From assembly GCA_052426225.1 (NCBI GenBank), contig JBNJNM010000009.1, positions 930,001 to 994,000 of the forward strand: a DNA stretch of 64,000 nucleotides, given 5' to 3'. The notes beneath the pieces were generated by a model, which made no database searches, was not told the origin of the DNA, and saw only the letters and a list, made by a program, of their open reading frames with translations. Made by a program: the position numbers and the translations under genes. This document shows positions 1 through 12,027 of this stretch, one piece after another. Position 1 is the first letter of the stretch. Each line of letters starts with the position of its first letter. The stretch comes from Zancudomyces culisetae HAW-14-8. Lineage: Eukaryota > Fungi > Kickxellomycota.

Positions 1-203
1 ATAGTTAACACAAAATTATAGGACATATTTGGGGGTTAATACAATCGCCCACAACTTAATTGAATAAAATAACTCTTAACCACATTTAAAATTAGTTAAA
101 TATAGTATAAACATATAAAAAATAATACATAATATTATACTACACGGATAGAGAAATACATTAAGAAATAATATTAGAACTAGTAAGTTCTACATCAAAA
201 ACA

Positions 204-540
204 TGTCGTATGAATTATTGGAAATTACGAGTTTCGTATTCCATTTTTTTCCCCTTGTGGTTTTTGGGAATATGATAAGGAATAGTTTTCAATAGTTATC
301 AATTTTATTTCTTATCTATAATTATTTTTAGTCAAGATTTCTTGGCAATTCATCAAAATAGTTTTTATTTAAATACATTTAAGTAGTAATATTTGAATCT
401 GCGTCCTCAAAAATAGTAAATAAAGATACGCTAATAAACAAATTTTTGCAGCGTACCAGTATAGTTAGTTTTATAACAAATATATTAAATAATTATCATA
501 ACAAATTTAGTAAACGTTGGTAGAAGTAAATTCCACCACA
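204..540 (+). repeat. E1 5' LTR
   Basis: TGTCGTATG...CCACCACA, repeated at 5150-5486. Confidence 0.95.
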
Positions 541-542
541 TT

Positions 543-560
543 TGGCGCTCCCAGCTAGGC
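543..560 (+). promoter_or_regulatory. Primer-binding site TGGCGCTCCCAGCTAGGC (tRNA with G73; identity unassigned)
   Basis: Starts with TGG 2 nt after the LTR; identical 18-mer at 6360-6377 in E2. Confidence 0.88.
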
Positions 561-717
561 TGAAACAATTATTAATTCGAATTATCTATATATAAACAAA
601 ATATCTTTTATTATATCATTACAACAATTTATATTAAACATCAAGAAAAATAATATAAAAATAAATATAAATATAACAAAATAATAATATAAAAATAAGA
701 ACTCATAACAAAACGAA

Positions 718-3700
718 ATGAAAAAACAAAATTATAAAGTACTGGAACCTACAGAGTTCAACGGATCACTATGGCAGGACCCCGAAAATTGGGTAAAAAG
801 GTTTGAGATTTACATGAAAAAGAACGATTTCGAAGAAGCAGAGTACGTGGATTGTGTGGAGTCTTATCTAGGTGGTAAAGCAAAACAATGGTACATAATT
901 TATCAAGACAAATTCAAGGATTGGACAAAGTGCAAGGAGTTATTCTTGAAACAGTTTAAAAGCAAAGAAAGGGAGTTAGCTTCATGGGAAGAGCTCCAGG
1001 GATTCAAACAGGATAGCATGGATATTCTAGAGACTGCATCTAAACTGCAAGTACTGTTCAAAGCCGCAAGTTAACAGAAGAAAAAGATAAATTACGTTAC
1101 CTAACCGCTTGCTTAAGACCAACATTTAAAAAGCTTATTTTTGAAAAAGGTACTGAATCATGGGAAGAAGCAATAAATCATTTAGTTAGACATGAACAAC
1201 TAGAAAGTATGTGCAACGATACTTCAACGGGTAGCGGAGGAAATCTTTTTGAAAATGTTACTAAGGAAAGGCTAATACAAGAAGCTAGGTCTATAAAAGA
1301 TGATCCAGAAGTTATGTATGAAAAGATAGTCAAAAAGTTTGACGAACTCAGTATCAACATTATCAATAGTATTAAGGCAGGCAACAGCAGACCACCACCA
1401 AAAAGTCCTTTCTGTTTCGAGTGTAGGGAGCCGGGACACTGGCCATACCAATGTCCTAGGAGGGAAGCTAATCCAAGAACCGGACCAAGTGTAGCATCGG
1501 GAAGTAATGCAATGCCTGTGAATACTAACAAGAGGGAAGTAAATTTTTTGGAAGTTGAAAATGATATCGTAGTCAGTCAAGTTTTTGAGTGTGAAGCAAA
1601 TGAAGCTGAAATCTATGCAGCAGAAAAGAGAAAGAATGAATTACAATCAGAAAAAGAAGCTAAAAAAAGAAGAGAAGGCGAGTCAACAATAGAAGTTAAG
1701 CCTAATAGGGACATCCTGAAACCTAGAATTCAGCGGAAGAAAGCAGTACCTATTAAATTTACAACTGACAAAGATGAATATTCAATCAAGAAAGAGCTAC
1801 AAGGCATACAAGCTAATATAAATTTGGCCCAGCTTCTAGAAGCTTCACCACAGGTGCGAAAGGAGCTAATTAGTTACGTTAGAAGGGGTGAGGAGTATGA
1901 AATTAAAGAGGTGAACAGCATTGAAAATGTAAGTTCAAACTGCAAGGCTATAATAAGTATATTTGGAAGAAACTACTGGGCTATATTGGACACAGGCGCT
2001 GCCTGCTCGGTAATGTCAAATGCATTTGCTGAAGTGTTGGGATTAGATATTGACAAAGAATCTAACCAAATTATTGTGACAGCAGACGGGAGGAAACACG
2101 GGACTAAGGGAATAATTTCAGAGGTACCACTTACAATTGCAGGGCAAAGGTTTCCAGTGGACATGACAGTTATGGATCAGAAAACTCATGTGTTAATCCT
2201 TGGAACAAACTGGTTTAAAAGACACGGAGCAGTTATCAACTTAAACAGCAATGAGTTAGTGTTGAACAACGAAGAATATGAAATATCCCTGTCAATTTCA
2301 ACGCGCAAAGACATAACAATTGAGTCAAAAGACAATGAGTATGAGTTATATGGTGTGGGAATAGAGAAGATAGAGAAACCGGAGCTACAGGAAGAGGAGA
2401 TAGATGAGGAAATACAGAGGATTATAGATGCAAACAGTGATCTTATGGCAACTGAACTGTCAGATCTAACACAGACGGATAGGATACTTCATGAAATAGA
2501 CACTGGAGAAGCAAAACCTGTTAAATCTAAGCCCTACCGCGTACCTCATTATATGCGAGAAAAACTAACAGAGGAGATAAACAAAATGGAAGAGCAAGGT
2601 ATCATAACTCCTTGCGTTTCTGATTGGTGTGCTCCAGTAGTGGCGGTCTGGAAAAAGAATGGGAAGATTCGACTATGCTCGGACTACCGCAAGTTGAATG
2701 CGGTCACCAAGAAGGATCAGTATGCACTACCAGTAATCGAAGAGATATTTACTGCTGTTGCAGGGGCTAATATATTCAGTACTCTGGACGCATTAAGCGG
2801 TTTCTGGCAGGTGAGGATGAAGGATTCTGATAAGCCCAAAACTGCTTTTGCGATTCCAGGAGGGGGCATGTTTTGTTATAATGTGATGCCCTTTGGTCTT
2901 TGTAACAGTCCCGCGACTTTTCAAAGACTGATGGAAAGGGTGTTATCATCAGTACTATGGAAATCAGCCTTAGTATTTATTGATGATATTATAATATTCT
3001 CAAAGTCTAAACTTCAACATATAAAAGATTTGGAGGAGGTGTTCAGATTACTGAGGGACAATAATATTAAACTTCATAAAGAAAAATGTTCATTTGGAAA
3101 AACCTGTTTAGAATATTTAGGACACTTAATCAGCTCTGAAGGGATAAGAACAAGCGAGTCAAAAGTAAAAGCGGTTAGGAATTTGGAACACCCAAAGTCA
3201 GTCAAGGAGCTTCAGTCTTTTTTGGGTCTAACCGGATATTATAGGAAGTTTGTTCAGAATTATGCGCAACACGCAAGACCATTACATCAACTTTTAAAAA
3301 AAGATACTAAATATAATTGGACATCTGAATGTAGTGTAGCAGCCGAATATTTAAAAAATTCAATAATAAAAGCACCTGTGTTGATTTTCCCAAACTGGGA
3401 AGAACGATTTGTGTTGACAACGGACGCTTCAAAAAACGGAATAGGTGCAATCCTTTCCCAAAAAATAAATAATCAAGACCATCCCATTGAATTTGCTAGC
3501 AGGTCCTTAAGTCCAGCGGAGAAAAATTATTCGTCAACCCACTTGGAAGGACTAGGGGTAGTTTGGGGAGTAACAAAGTTTCGCAATTATTTATGGGGTA
3601 GACAATTTGACATCGTAACTGACCACTCAGCGCTAGTAAGAATTTTTGACTCTAAAGATTTAAACGGCAGGTTAGCCAGGTGGAGTATTATATTGTCCGA

Positions 3701-5138
3701 ATATGACTACATCATCAGACATAGACCGGGAAGAAGCAACCCTTCTGACTACCTTTCTAGAGACGAAAATTTTTATAAATCAAATGAAGGAACAAAAGAG
3801 GGTGAAGTTGAGGTGGATATATTTACTATGGATAACCTTTATTATCAAGCAATTAAACATTATCTAGAGACAGGTAATTATCCACCAGGAGCCGACGATG
3901 AATTTAGAAGAAGACTCAGAAACAAAGCTTTGAAATACAGACTCCTGGATGATAGGCTTCATAGAAACTCAGCCAAGTTTGGCCTGCGAGAAGTATTAAC
4001 CGAGGTAAATGCAGAAGACAAAATCAAAGAGATACACTTGGAGCGACATGAAGGAATAAATAACACATTTGAGAAAGTAAAAAGGTTGTATACAGGACCA
4101 AATCTATTGCAAGTAGTAAAACGGATAGTGGAAAGCTGTGACCTCTGCCAACGATATAAAGGAAGTGTGACAAGGAGAACAAACCTCATACCAATACTGG
4201 CAAGAAAACCGTTTGAAATCTTGGGACTGGATGCGGTTGGCCCAATTAGTCCAATTTCTAATAATGGAAACCGATACATATTGTCAGCCATAGATTATCT
4301 GACTAAATGGCCAATATGCAGAGCAGTAAGTAACATAAACACTGAAACTGTTATTAACTTTTTGATATATGATGTAGTTCAATATTACGGCGTGCCAACA
4401 CAACTGATAACAGACCGTGGATTCAATTTTCTGAGCGACATCTCCACTGACTTCTACAAATTTCTAAATATACACCACACACCTACAACCGCATACCGAC
4501 CGCAAACAAATGGTCAGGTAGAGCGGTTCAACCAGAATATCAAAAACTTACTGTCAAAATTGTGTCAACATGATAAAGCGAACTGGGATAATTATATCTG
4601 GAAGTTATTATTAACTCTTAGAACAATGAAAAATCGCAATACTGGGTTTAGCCCATCTGAATTACTATACGGTGTTGAGTTAAACACACCTATATCATGG
4701 AAACCAGCAGCAGAGATTGATGACTTTAATGAAGCCGTGAAGGAAAGAATAGAGCATATCAGTGTGGACCTCCCTGACATTCGACTAACGGGATTCGAAT
4801 CTATGGTAAAAAACAAGATCTACGAAAAAGGAGTATATGACAAAACGGTGCGACTATCGAGTTTTGGTAATGGCGACAAAGTACTAAGGCATGTGGAACA
4901 AACCAGTTCAAAGTTTGACCCGAAATGGGAGGGCCCTTACACCGTTATTCGAGTGCATGGAAATGGTACTTATACTATAACTGACGATCAAAGGAACAAA
5001 GATGTGGTAAATGGCGACAGGCTTAAGAAGTACCATGAACACAGAAATATGATACCAGAGATACAAACAGCACGGCTAAGACCAACGTTAAGACAATTTA
5101 GACAGCCGTCAGTTTCTTCATGGGGCACTCAGAGCTAA
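718..5138 (+). pseudogene. E1 gag-pol polyprotein with 1-bp deletion near 1068-1072
   Basis: ORF 718-1074 continues in the -1 frame (KLTEEKDKLRYLTACL), matching E2/E3 gag. Then CCHC knuckle CFECREPGHWPYQC, protease LDTGA, RT FIDD, RNase H TDAS, integrase with WEGPY. Confidence 0.9.
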
Positions 5139-5149
5139 GGGGGGGGACC

Positions 5150-5486
5150 TGTCGTATGAATTATTGGAAATTACGAGTTTCGTATTCCATTTTTTTCCCC
5201 TTGTGGTTTTTGGGAATATGATAAGGAATAGTTTTCAATAGTTATCAATTTTATTTCTTATCTATAATTATTTTTAGTCAAGATTTCTTGGCAATTCATC
5301 AAAATAGTTTTTATTTAAATACGTTTAAGTAGTAATATTTGAATCTGCGTCCTCAAAAATAGTAAATAAAGATACGCTAATAAACAAATTTTTGCAGCGT
5401 ACCAGTATAGTTAGTTTTATAACAAATATATTAAATAATTATCATAACAAATTTAGTAAACGTTGGTAGAAGTAAATTCCACCACA
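5150..5486 (+). repeat. E1 3' LTR
   Basis: Copy of 204-540 preceded by a PPT. Confidence 0.95.
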
Positions 5487-5490
5487 AACA

Positions 5491-5791
5491 TGTTATATAG
5501 TGGCTAGAGCTACCTCTAGACATTATTAATTATAACTTACCAATTACATATTTATTTCTATATATTAATATTTAGGTTTATCAATTAATATAAGTTAATA
5601 TTTATTATAGGTTATTTAGTATATTATGTGTTGCCTAGTTTTTTTTATCCTTCTGGATTTTTTCTACAGCAACATTCTGGTTTATTATTAATATTTAGTT
5701 TATGTTTTAAGTTTAAGTATATATTTAGTTTTCAAGTATATAATAGTCATTTAATTATAAGTATAAATAGGGCTAGGAAACTAGCTATGAA
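5491..5791. mobile_element. Putative solo LTR A
   Basis: About 300 bp starting TGTTAT, flanked by AACA at 5487-5490 and 5792-5795. Right end is GA/AA rather than CA, so the boundary is ambiguous by 1 nt. Confidence 0.6.
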
Positions 5792-5795
5792 AACA

Positions 5796-5954
5796 TGATC
5801 AAATAAAAATATAACAAAAGGTTTGGTCTATATTCAATAAGTGTATAACTTTTATTTTGAAAACTACAAAGAATAGCACATAGGATAGTTAGTTATAATT
5901 AGAATATATTTACAAAAGCAATACGAAAATAGTGAATCTGTATTTTCGTCAACA
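5796..5954. mobile_element. Putative short solo LTR B
   Basis: TGATC...TCAACA, 159 bp. AACA on the left; right AACA is restored (5955-5957 plus 16957) when E2 is removed. Confidence 0.6.
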
Positions 5955-5957
5955 AAC

Positions 5958-6357
5958 TGTCATATAATTAATGATAGTTCATACCTTCTAGCTTTGATTG
6001 GCAGTTTATTTATCATATTTAGTTTATCATATTTATTTTATCATATTTATTTCATTGGAGATTGGACTTTTCTCCCTATGGAGGGTTTTATCCAATTTCT
6101 ATCCTTGATAACAGGTTAGTCGTTATCAGGAAAAGTTTTATAATTAGTTTTAGAGATAACAAAAGATATATATAATATATACACAGTTTTGAAGAAGAAA
6201 AAAAAACAAAAATAAGATATACAAAAATTACGACTGTACTAACTTCAGAAAACGAACTATTAGCAAGGGTGTAGGATAAAAACTATACAAGTGCGATAGA
6301 GTTCGGAGTTGAGTACAAAGCCCCTAAAAAGGCAAACATATTTAAAATAATATTACA
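5958..6357 (+). repeat. E2 5' LTR
   Basis: TGTCATATA...TATTACA, repeated at 16553-16952. Confidence 0.95.
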
Positions 6358-6762
6358 ATTGGCGCTCCCAGCTAGGCATAAGGCCAGCAAGAGTATAGGT
6401 TAGTGAAAAATAGTTAGGCTAAACAGCGTTAGCACCACAACAGTGAAGTGAAAGTTAGGAATAGGAATGAATAAGCCAGAAATATTTGAGACGTCCAGCG
6501 GGACAGACCCCAGCGAGTGGGTTGAAAGATACCGTATCATCGCCAAGTTAAATAAGTGGGATCCTAATGACTGGATCGATTTTGTGCAGCTATATTTGGG
6601 CAAACGTGAGGCAATATGGTACAAGAAATGTAAGGCAAACTTCACCACCTGGGAAGAATTCACAAAACTGTTTGTTACAAAGTTTGGGCCAAAAGATCAG
6701 AGTTTGAAGTACGTAGAAAAGTTGAAATCATTGCGTCAAGAGGATTTTGAGTCGATAGAGGA

Positions 6763-7138
6763 TGTCAAGATCTGGAGTCAGGAGAGTTATATTTATTATT
6801 ATTAAAGTTTATTGTATGAATGTATACAAGATACTAGATACTGAATCCAAGACAGGAAAATTGTACCCTTTTTATACTTTTTTCCAGCCTTGGTTTTTGA
6901 ACAAAATCACTATGAAAACTGCGGAATAGCTAAAAATGCAAGTTAAAGTAAAACGTGTTTGATTACTAATCAAATTGGATTAGTAATCAAACAAAAATCA
7001 AACTCGAATGCTAATAAAATTAAACATGTGTAAATTATTACGTAAGAAAAATTAAGAAATAATGTGAAAGAACGGTAATGTTCTAGAATGTTATGGAACA
7101 TTCTAAACATTACTGCGGAATAGAATCAGTTCATGACA
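6763..7138 (-). repeat. Chromovirus 3' LTR
   Basis: Copy of 12028-12403 with TGTCA...TGACA termini. Confidence 0.95.
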
Positions 7139-7150
7139 CGACCTCCCCTC

Positions 7151-10100
7151 TTAAGGCTGAGCTCCGTGAAGCATTTGTGTTGGCTTTGGTTTTTCAGGAT
7201 GGTGACGATGGAATTCAGTGACAAGATATTTTGCATTTGCTAAATCAGAATATGTTTGCCAGGTACGTTCAGTGTCTGGGTATCCTTTCCAGTGTACCAG
7301 GTATTTGACAGTTCTACCAAATATTTTACTATCTAGGATTTTCTCAACTTCATATTCTTCTTGACCGTCAATGATCACAGGTGGAAGCGGTTTTGATGGT
7401 CTGTCTGGGATCAGATCTGGTTTACAAGGTTCAAGGAGATTGACGTGGAATACTGGGTGAATCTTCATTGTGTGTGGTAGCTGGAGTTTGTATGATCTTT
7501 GTCCAATCTTTTCCAATACTTTGAATGGACCAAGTTTCCGATAGTCAAGCTTCTTGCTTGGTCTTTGAGTCCTGATGTTTTTAGTTGAGAGATAGACAAG
7601 ATCACCAATGTTGAAGTCAGGTTGTGATGATACTTTTCGGTTGTAGTATTTCTCATGGTCTTCAAGGGCAAGGGAGATGTTAAACTTCAGTTCTTGGTGG
7701 ATATCAGATAGTCGTTTGGATCTATCAGAGGAGGCAGGATTTAAAACTTGAGTACGAGGAATTGTGACTGAGAAGCGTGGATGGAAGCCATAGTTTGCGT
7801 AGAAAGGTGTGGTCTTAGTAGAAGCATGAGATGTGTTGTTGTAGGCGAATTCAGCAATTGGTAACCACTTTGACCAATCAGTTTGTTGGTAATCAATGTA
7901 GCACCTGAGATACTGTTCCAATACTGAGTTTACGCGTTCAGTTTGTCCATCTGTCTGAGGATGGAATGCGGTGGACATTTTCTGTTCAATATTCAGTGAT
8001 TTCATTAGAGTACGCATGAATGATGAATTGAAGGTCACACCTCTATCAGATACGATGTCTTTAGGGAGCCCATGTTTGCAGAAGACATGTTGGATAAACA
8101 GATCTGCAGTACCTTCAGCATCAATTTCATTGGTTGTGGGAACAAAATGCGCCATCTTGGTAAGGCGATCCACAAATACACAGATTGCAGTAAAGTTATT
8201 GGATGGAGGTAGCTGAGTGATGAAGTCGACAGAAACAGATGACCAAGGTGAATCAGGAACGGGAAGTGGAGCGAGGTAGCCATATGGTTTATGGCGAGAG
8301 GATTTGTTGCGTTGACAGGTATCGCAACCAGAGATGTAGTCTTTGATATATTTTCTCATGGTTGGCCAGTAAAAGTTGCGAGATACAAGTTCGTATGTCT
8401 TTGCATTTCCAAAGTGGCCGGCAGCAGGGGAATCATGGCATTCAATCAGGATAGTTCTTTTGATGTTGTCGTCCGAGGGGATACAGATTAGTCCATCATA
8501 GTGCAGAAGATTGTCAACAAGAGTGTACTTTTCATGGGAATCAGGTTTCTTGGATAAGTCAGTGTAAATGGGTCCAAAGTACGTGTCTTTGGGTTGTAGT
8601 GACTTGATGTTGTTCATGAGCGTGGATGACAAAGGTTCAACAGGTGTACTAGTCATGGACTTCAATAAGATTTCAGGAGGCAGCAAAGTTATTTTGTTTT
8701 GGTCAGTACGGGAGTCACCCCCCTTCCAAGGTTGGTCTTTCCGAGAAAGAGCATCGGCGGCAGTGTTCTGTTTTCCAGGGCGGTACTTGATGACAAAGTT
8801 GAAGTTACTGAGGTATTCTGACCATCTGACTTGGCGGCGACTAAGATTTCTGGTAGTGGAGAAGTATTCCAAGTTTTTATGGTCGGTCATAACAACGGTT
8901 GGGTGTACAGAAAATTCAAGGTAGTGACGCCAGTGAGCGAAAGCGTCGATAATTGCTAGCAGTTCCTTATCATAGATTTGATAATTCACTTCAGCAGGCA
9001 GGAGTTTCCGGGAGTAGTATGCAACAGGGTGGAGTTGTCCCTCGTTGTCATACTGGCTGCAAATGGCACCTAATGCAAAATCTGATGCATCGGTTTCAAT
9101 GATACAAGGCTGGTCAGGATTGTAGTGAGCTAAGACTGGATTACTGATCATGGTTTCTTTTAGCAAGGCGAAAGCTTCTTCAGCTTTGGGTGTCCACTGG
9201 AATTGAACACCTTTTTTCAACAAGGCGGTGAGTGGCAGAGATATCTTGGAGTAGTTCAGAATAAAACGGCGGTAGAAGTTTGTAAGGCCAAGGAATACCT
9301 GAACGTCACGGACACAAGTTGGTGTCTTCCATTCGGTGACGCTGGATACTTTTGATGGATCCATGGAGATTCCGTTGGGGCCAATTACAAAACCGAGGAA
9401 CTGTACTGATTGTACATCAAACTCACATTTCTCTAGCTTGAGGGTGAGATTGTGTTCCTGAAGCTTCTTCAAGACAAGGCAGACGTGGTCATAGTGCTTA
9501 TCGATATCATCTGAGTAGATTAACAGATCATCGATGTACACAACAAGGAATTGATCAATGTATTCACGGAAGAGATCGTTAACAAAGGACTGGAACGTGG
9601 CTGAAGCATTCATAAGGCCAAACGGCATGACCTTATACTCGAAGTGGCCGTAGCGTGTACGAAACGCGGTCTTCCATTCTTCACCAGGCGAGATCCTGAT
9701 CATGTGGTATGCGGATTTCATATCCAGCTTGGTGAATATCTTGGCTTTGCCAAGCCGATCCAAGGTTTCAGAGATGAGTGGCAAGGCTGCACGGTTGGGG
9801 ACAGTGATCTTATTCAGGGCTCTATAGTCGACGCACAATCGGAGACTACCATCTTTCTTTTTTACAAATAGGACGGGAGCCCCAGCCGGGGATTCAGAGC
9901 GTTGGATAAAACCATTGGCTAGGTTTTCCTGAATTTAGTCGTACAGGGTCTTTAGTTCCAATTGGGAGAGGTTGTACAATGGGCCATATGGTATCTTTGA
10001 GTCAGGAAGCAAAGGAATGGTATGATCATATGGACGATGTTCAGGCAGTTTGGCAGATTGGGATTCAGAGAAGACAGATTCAAACATTTTATACTTTTCA

Positions 10101-10768
10101 GGAATTACAGGAGTAACAGGGGTTTCAGGATTAGATTCAGAGACAAGACAGAGATTTTCACAAGATTCAGGAGCTACAAGGGATTCAAGATTGTTCACGG
10201 TAATTGCACCAGCATAGACAGTGTCTGGTGCCTTCAGATGTTCTTTAAACTGGTTTGAGCCCACAAGAGATATGTCTAGGTTGACATGGTTGGGCCCACA
10301 AGAAGACAAGGTACACGGCAGATGGACTACGTTTTCAGTCCAGTTGATGTCAGGATTGTGTTGTTGAAGCCAGGAAAGACCAAGGATGATTGGTGAAGAT
10401 CCAAGATCTAGTTGTTGCAGATAGATACTTTCGAGATGGTTATCATTGATTTTTAGTGTTACTTGGGAGGCAGAGTTGGATCTAAGCTTTGATCCGTCAG
10501 CGAGAGTGATTGTCATTTTTCTAGATAAAGATGGTAGATTGTTTTTTAGAGCAAAGGTGGCGTCAATGAACGAGGACGAAGCACCAGAGTCAACCATAGC
10601 GTAGGTTTTGATGTGGTGGTGCTTGGACAAGATGGTTACAGGAATGGTCAAGGTGTTTGGTTTATCAGGAGATTGGGTGTCAGAAACAGGAGTGGTTACA
10701 GTGGCGTGGGGACTGGCTAAGTTGCCCAATAGATGTCCCTTACTGTCTACTGGGCGGTGTCGTTTTCC
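7151..10768 (-). pseudogene. Chromovirus pol (PR-RT-RNaseH-IN-chromodomain) with in-frame TAA at 9935-9937
   Basis: ORFs 9935-10729 and 7151-9838 are in the same frame. Motifs VDSGA, YIDD, TDASD, GPF and YEVEKILDS..YLVHWKGY..TW. Confidence 0.93.
10724..10768 (-). promoter_or_regulatory. -1 ribosomal frameshift signal (G GAA AAC plus stem-loop)
   Basis: Slippery heptamer at 10768-10762, 6-nt spacer, 10-bp stem GCCCAGTAGA/TCTATTGGGC. The -1 frame is open into the protease. Confidence 0.75.
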
Positions 10769-11967
10769 TGTGTTGGTGTAATGCTGGAGATGTTGTGCCG
10801 TTTCTTTGGACAGTTGATGTTGAAATGGTCATTACCGCCACAATAGAGACAGAGGTTGTTTTCGATACGGTATGCTCTTTGAGCAGGAGTAAGTGGTGGT
10901 CTTCTAGTCGATGAAGCGGTACTGAGATCCATTGGTTGAGGTCCATCACTATTAGCTGGTGGAGTGGTAGATGGTGCAGAAACAGGTGAAGCAAACGGGT
11001 TGTAAGCAGTGGGTTTGGGTGGCATAGTTGCAGTGGGGTTAACTGGAGGTTGACGACGTTGTGGATGGCTGAAGAGGCGGTTGTCGATCTGGATGGCTGT
11101 AGAGATCAGGGTATCGATGTCTTCTACTGGTTCTCTACGGTTGAGTTCTTGGGATACGTTGTACTTGAGACCGGATAGAAACTGTGAGATCAAAGGTGGT
11201 TGGTTCCAGTCAATTAACATCTGTAGGCGTCTAAACTCGGTGGCATATGCGGCAACGGAAGTGGTTTGGCGGAGTTGGCGGATTGCCCTATCAGCATTCT
11301 CAATAGGGTTGGGATCACCAAAGGCACGAGTGATAGTTTCTTTAAACAGATTGTAGTTGGAGAGGATGGCAGGACGATCAGACTCTGGAAGGTTTGCTTT
11401 CATGAGGTAAGGTTCCATGTAACTGAATGGTGTGCCTGAGAGGTAGGAGATGGCATACAAGACTTTACTTGAGTCTGTGTTGAATTTATCGGGTGAAGCG
11501 GCAAAGACGAGAGCAAGCTGTGAAAAGAAGTTGGAACAGGCGGAGGGTTTTCCTGAAAATGTGTCTGGGTGTCTGACTTTGATACTAGGTTCAGAAGTAC
11601 TAGCAACTTTGGTGGCACGGTTTTCAGTTATATAAATTATGACTTCGTTCCTGAGGGTACTGAGCTGGTCCTGAAGGGATTGGATTTCCAACTGATTGGC
11701 CTGTATGGCGCTTTGGGTTAGCTGGTCTGAATTCTGGATATCGGACTGGAGGTTGTTCATGGAGTCAAGAATGGTCTGGATGGACTTGGTGGTGTCTGCT
11801 TTGACCTTGTCATAAATTTTCTTGGATACTGTGGCAGGGTGTTCCTTGATGGCAGACTCGGCTTTTTCTACTCTTATTAGTAGTTGCTGGAGGGCTTCTT
11901 CAACTGCTGGTAGGGTCACGGCGGCTTTGTTGAGGAATTCAACTTGTTCTGGGCTAAACGGTTCCAT
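10747..11967 (-). CDS. Chromovirus Gag (retrotransposon capsid, GPQPMDL motif, CCHC knuckle)
   Basis: PDTFSG, LRQTTSVAAYATEF, PMDLS and CLYCGGNDHFNINC motifs. Confidence 0.93.
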   Translation of the reverse strand: MEPFSPEQVEFLNKAAVTLPAVEEALQQLLIRVEKAESAIKEHPATVSKKIYDKVKADTTKSIQTILDSMNNLQSDIQNSDQLTQSAIQANQLEIQSLQDQLSTLRNEVIIYITENRATKVASTSEPSIKVRHPDTFSGKPSACSNFFSQLALVFAASPDKFNTDSSKVLYAISYLSGTPFSYMEPYLMKANLPESDRPAILSNYNLFKETITRAFGDPNPIENADRAIRQLRQTTSVAAYATEFRRLQMLIDWNQPPLISQFLSGLKYNVSQELNRREPVEDIDTLISTAIQIDNRLFSHPQRRQPPVNPTATMPPKPTAYNPFASPVSAPSTTPPANSDGPQPMDLSTASSTRRPPLTPAQRAYRIENNLCLYCGGNDHFNINCPKKRHNISSITPTQENDTAQ

Positions 11968-12027
11968 GGTTAAAATACTTAGGCTGGTGTCAGAAAATAA
12001 TAAATATAATATTTTGATCTAGTATAG

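Larger units (their letters stand above)
204..5486 (+). mobile_element. Ty3/gypsy LTR retrotransposon E1 (full length, gag frameshifted)
   Basis: 337-bp TG..CA LTRs at 204-540 and 5150-5486 (one substitution seen). PBS at 543-560, polypurine tract AAGGGGGGGG before the 3' LTR, AACA TSD at 200-203 and 5487-5490. Domain order gag-PR-RT-RH-IN. Confidence 0.96.

Noticed and set aside
1-199. Possible further LTR at the left end of the stack
   Set aside because: No second copy in the window. It could equally be the original tRNA upstream flank, and this cannot be decided without upstream sequence.
2975-2990. FIDD instead of YxDD in the RT of E1-E3
   Set aside because: FIDD is a known functional variant in many Ty3/gypsy lineages
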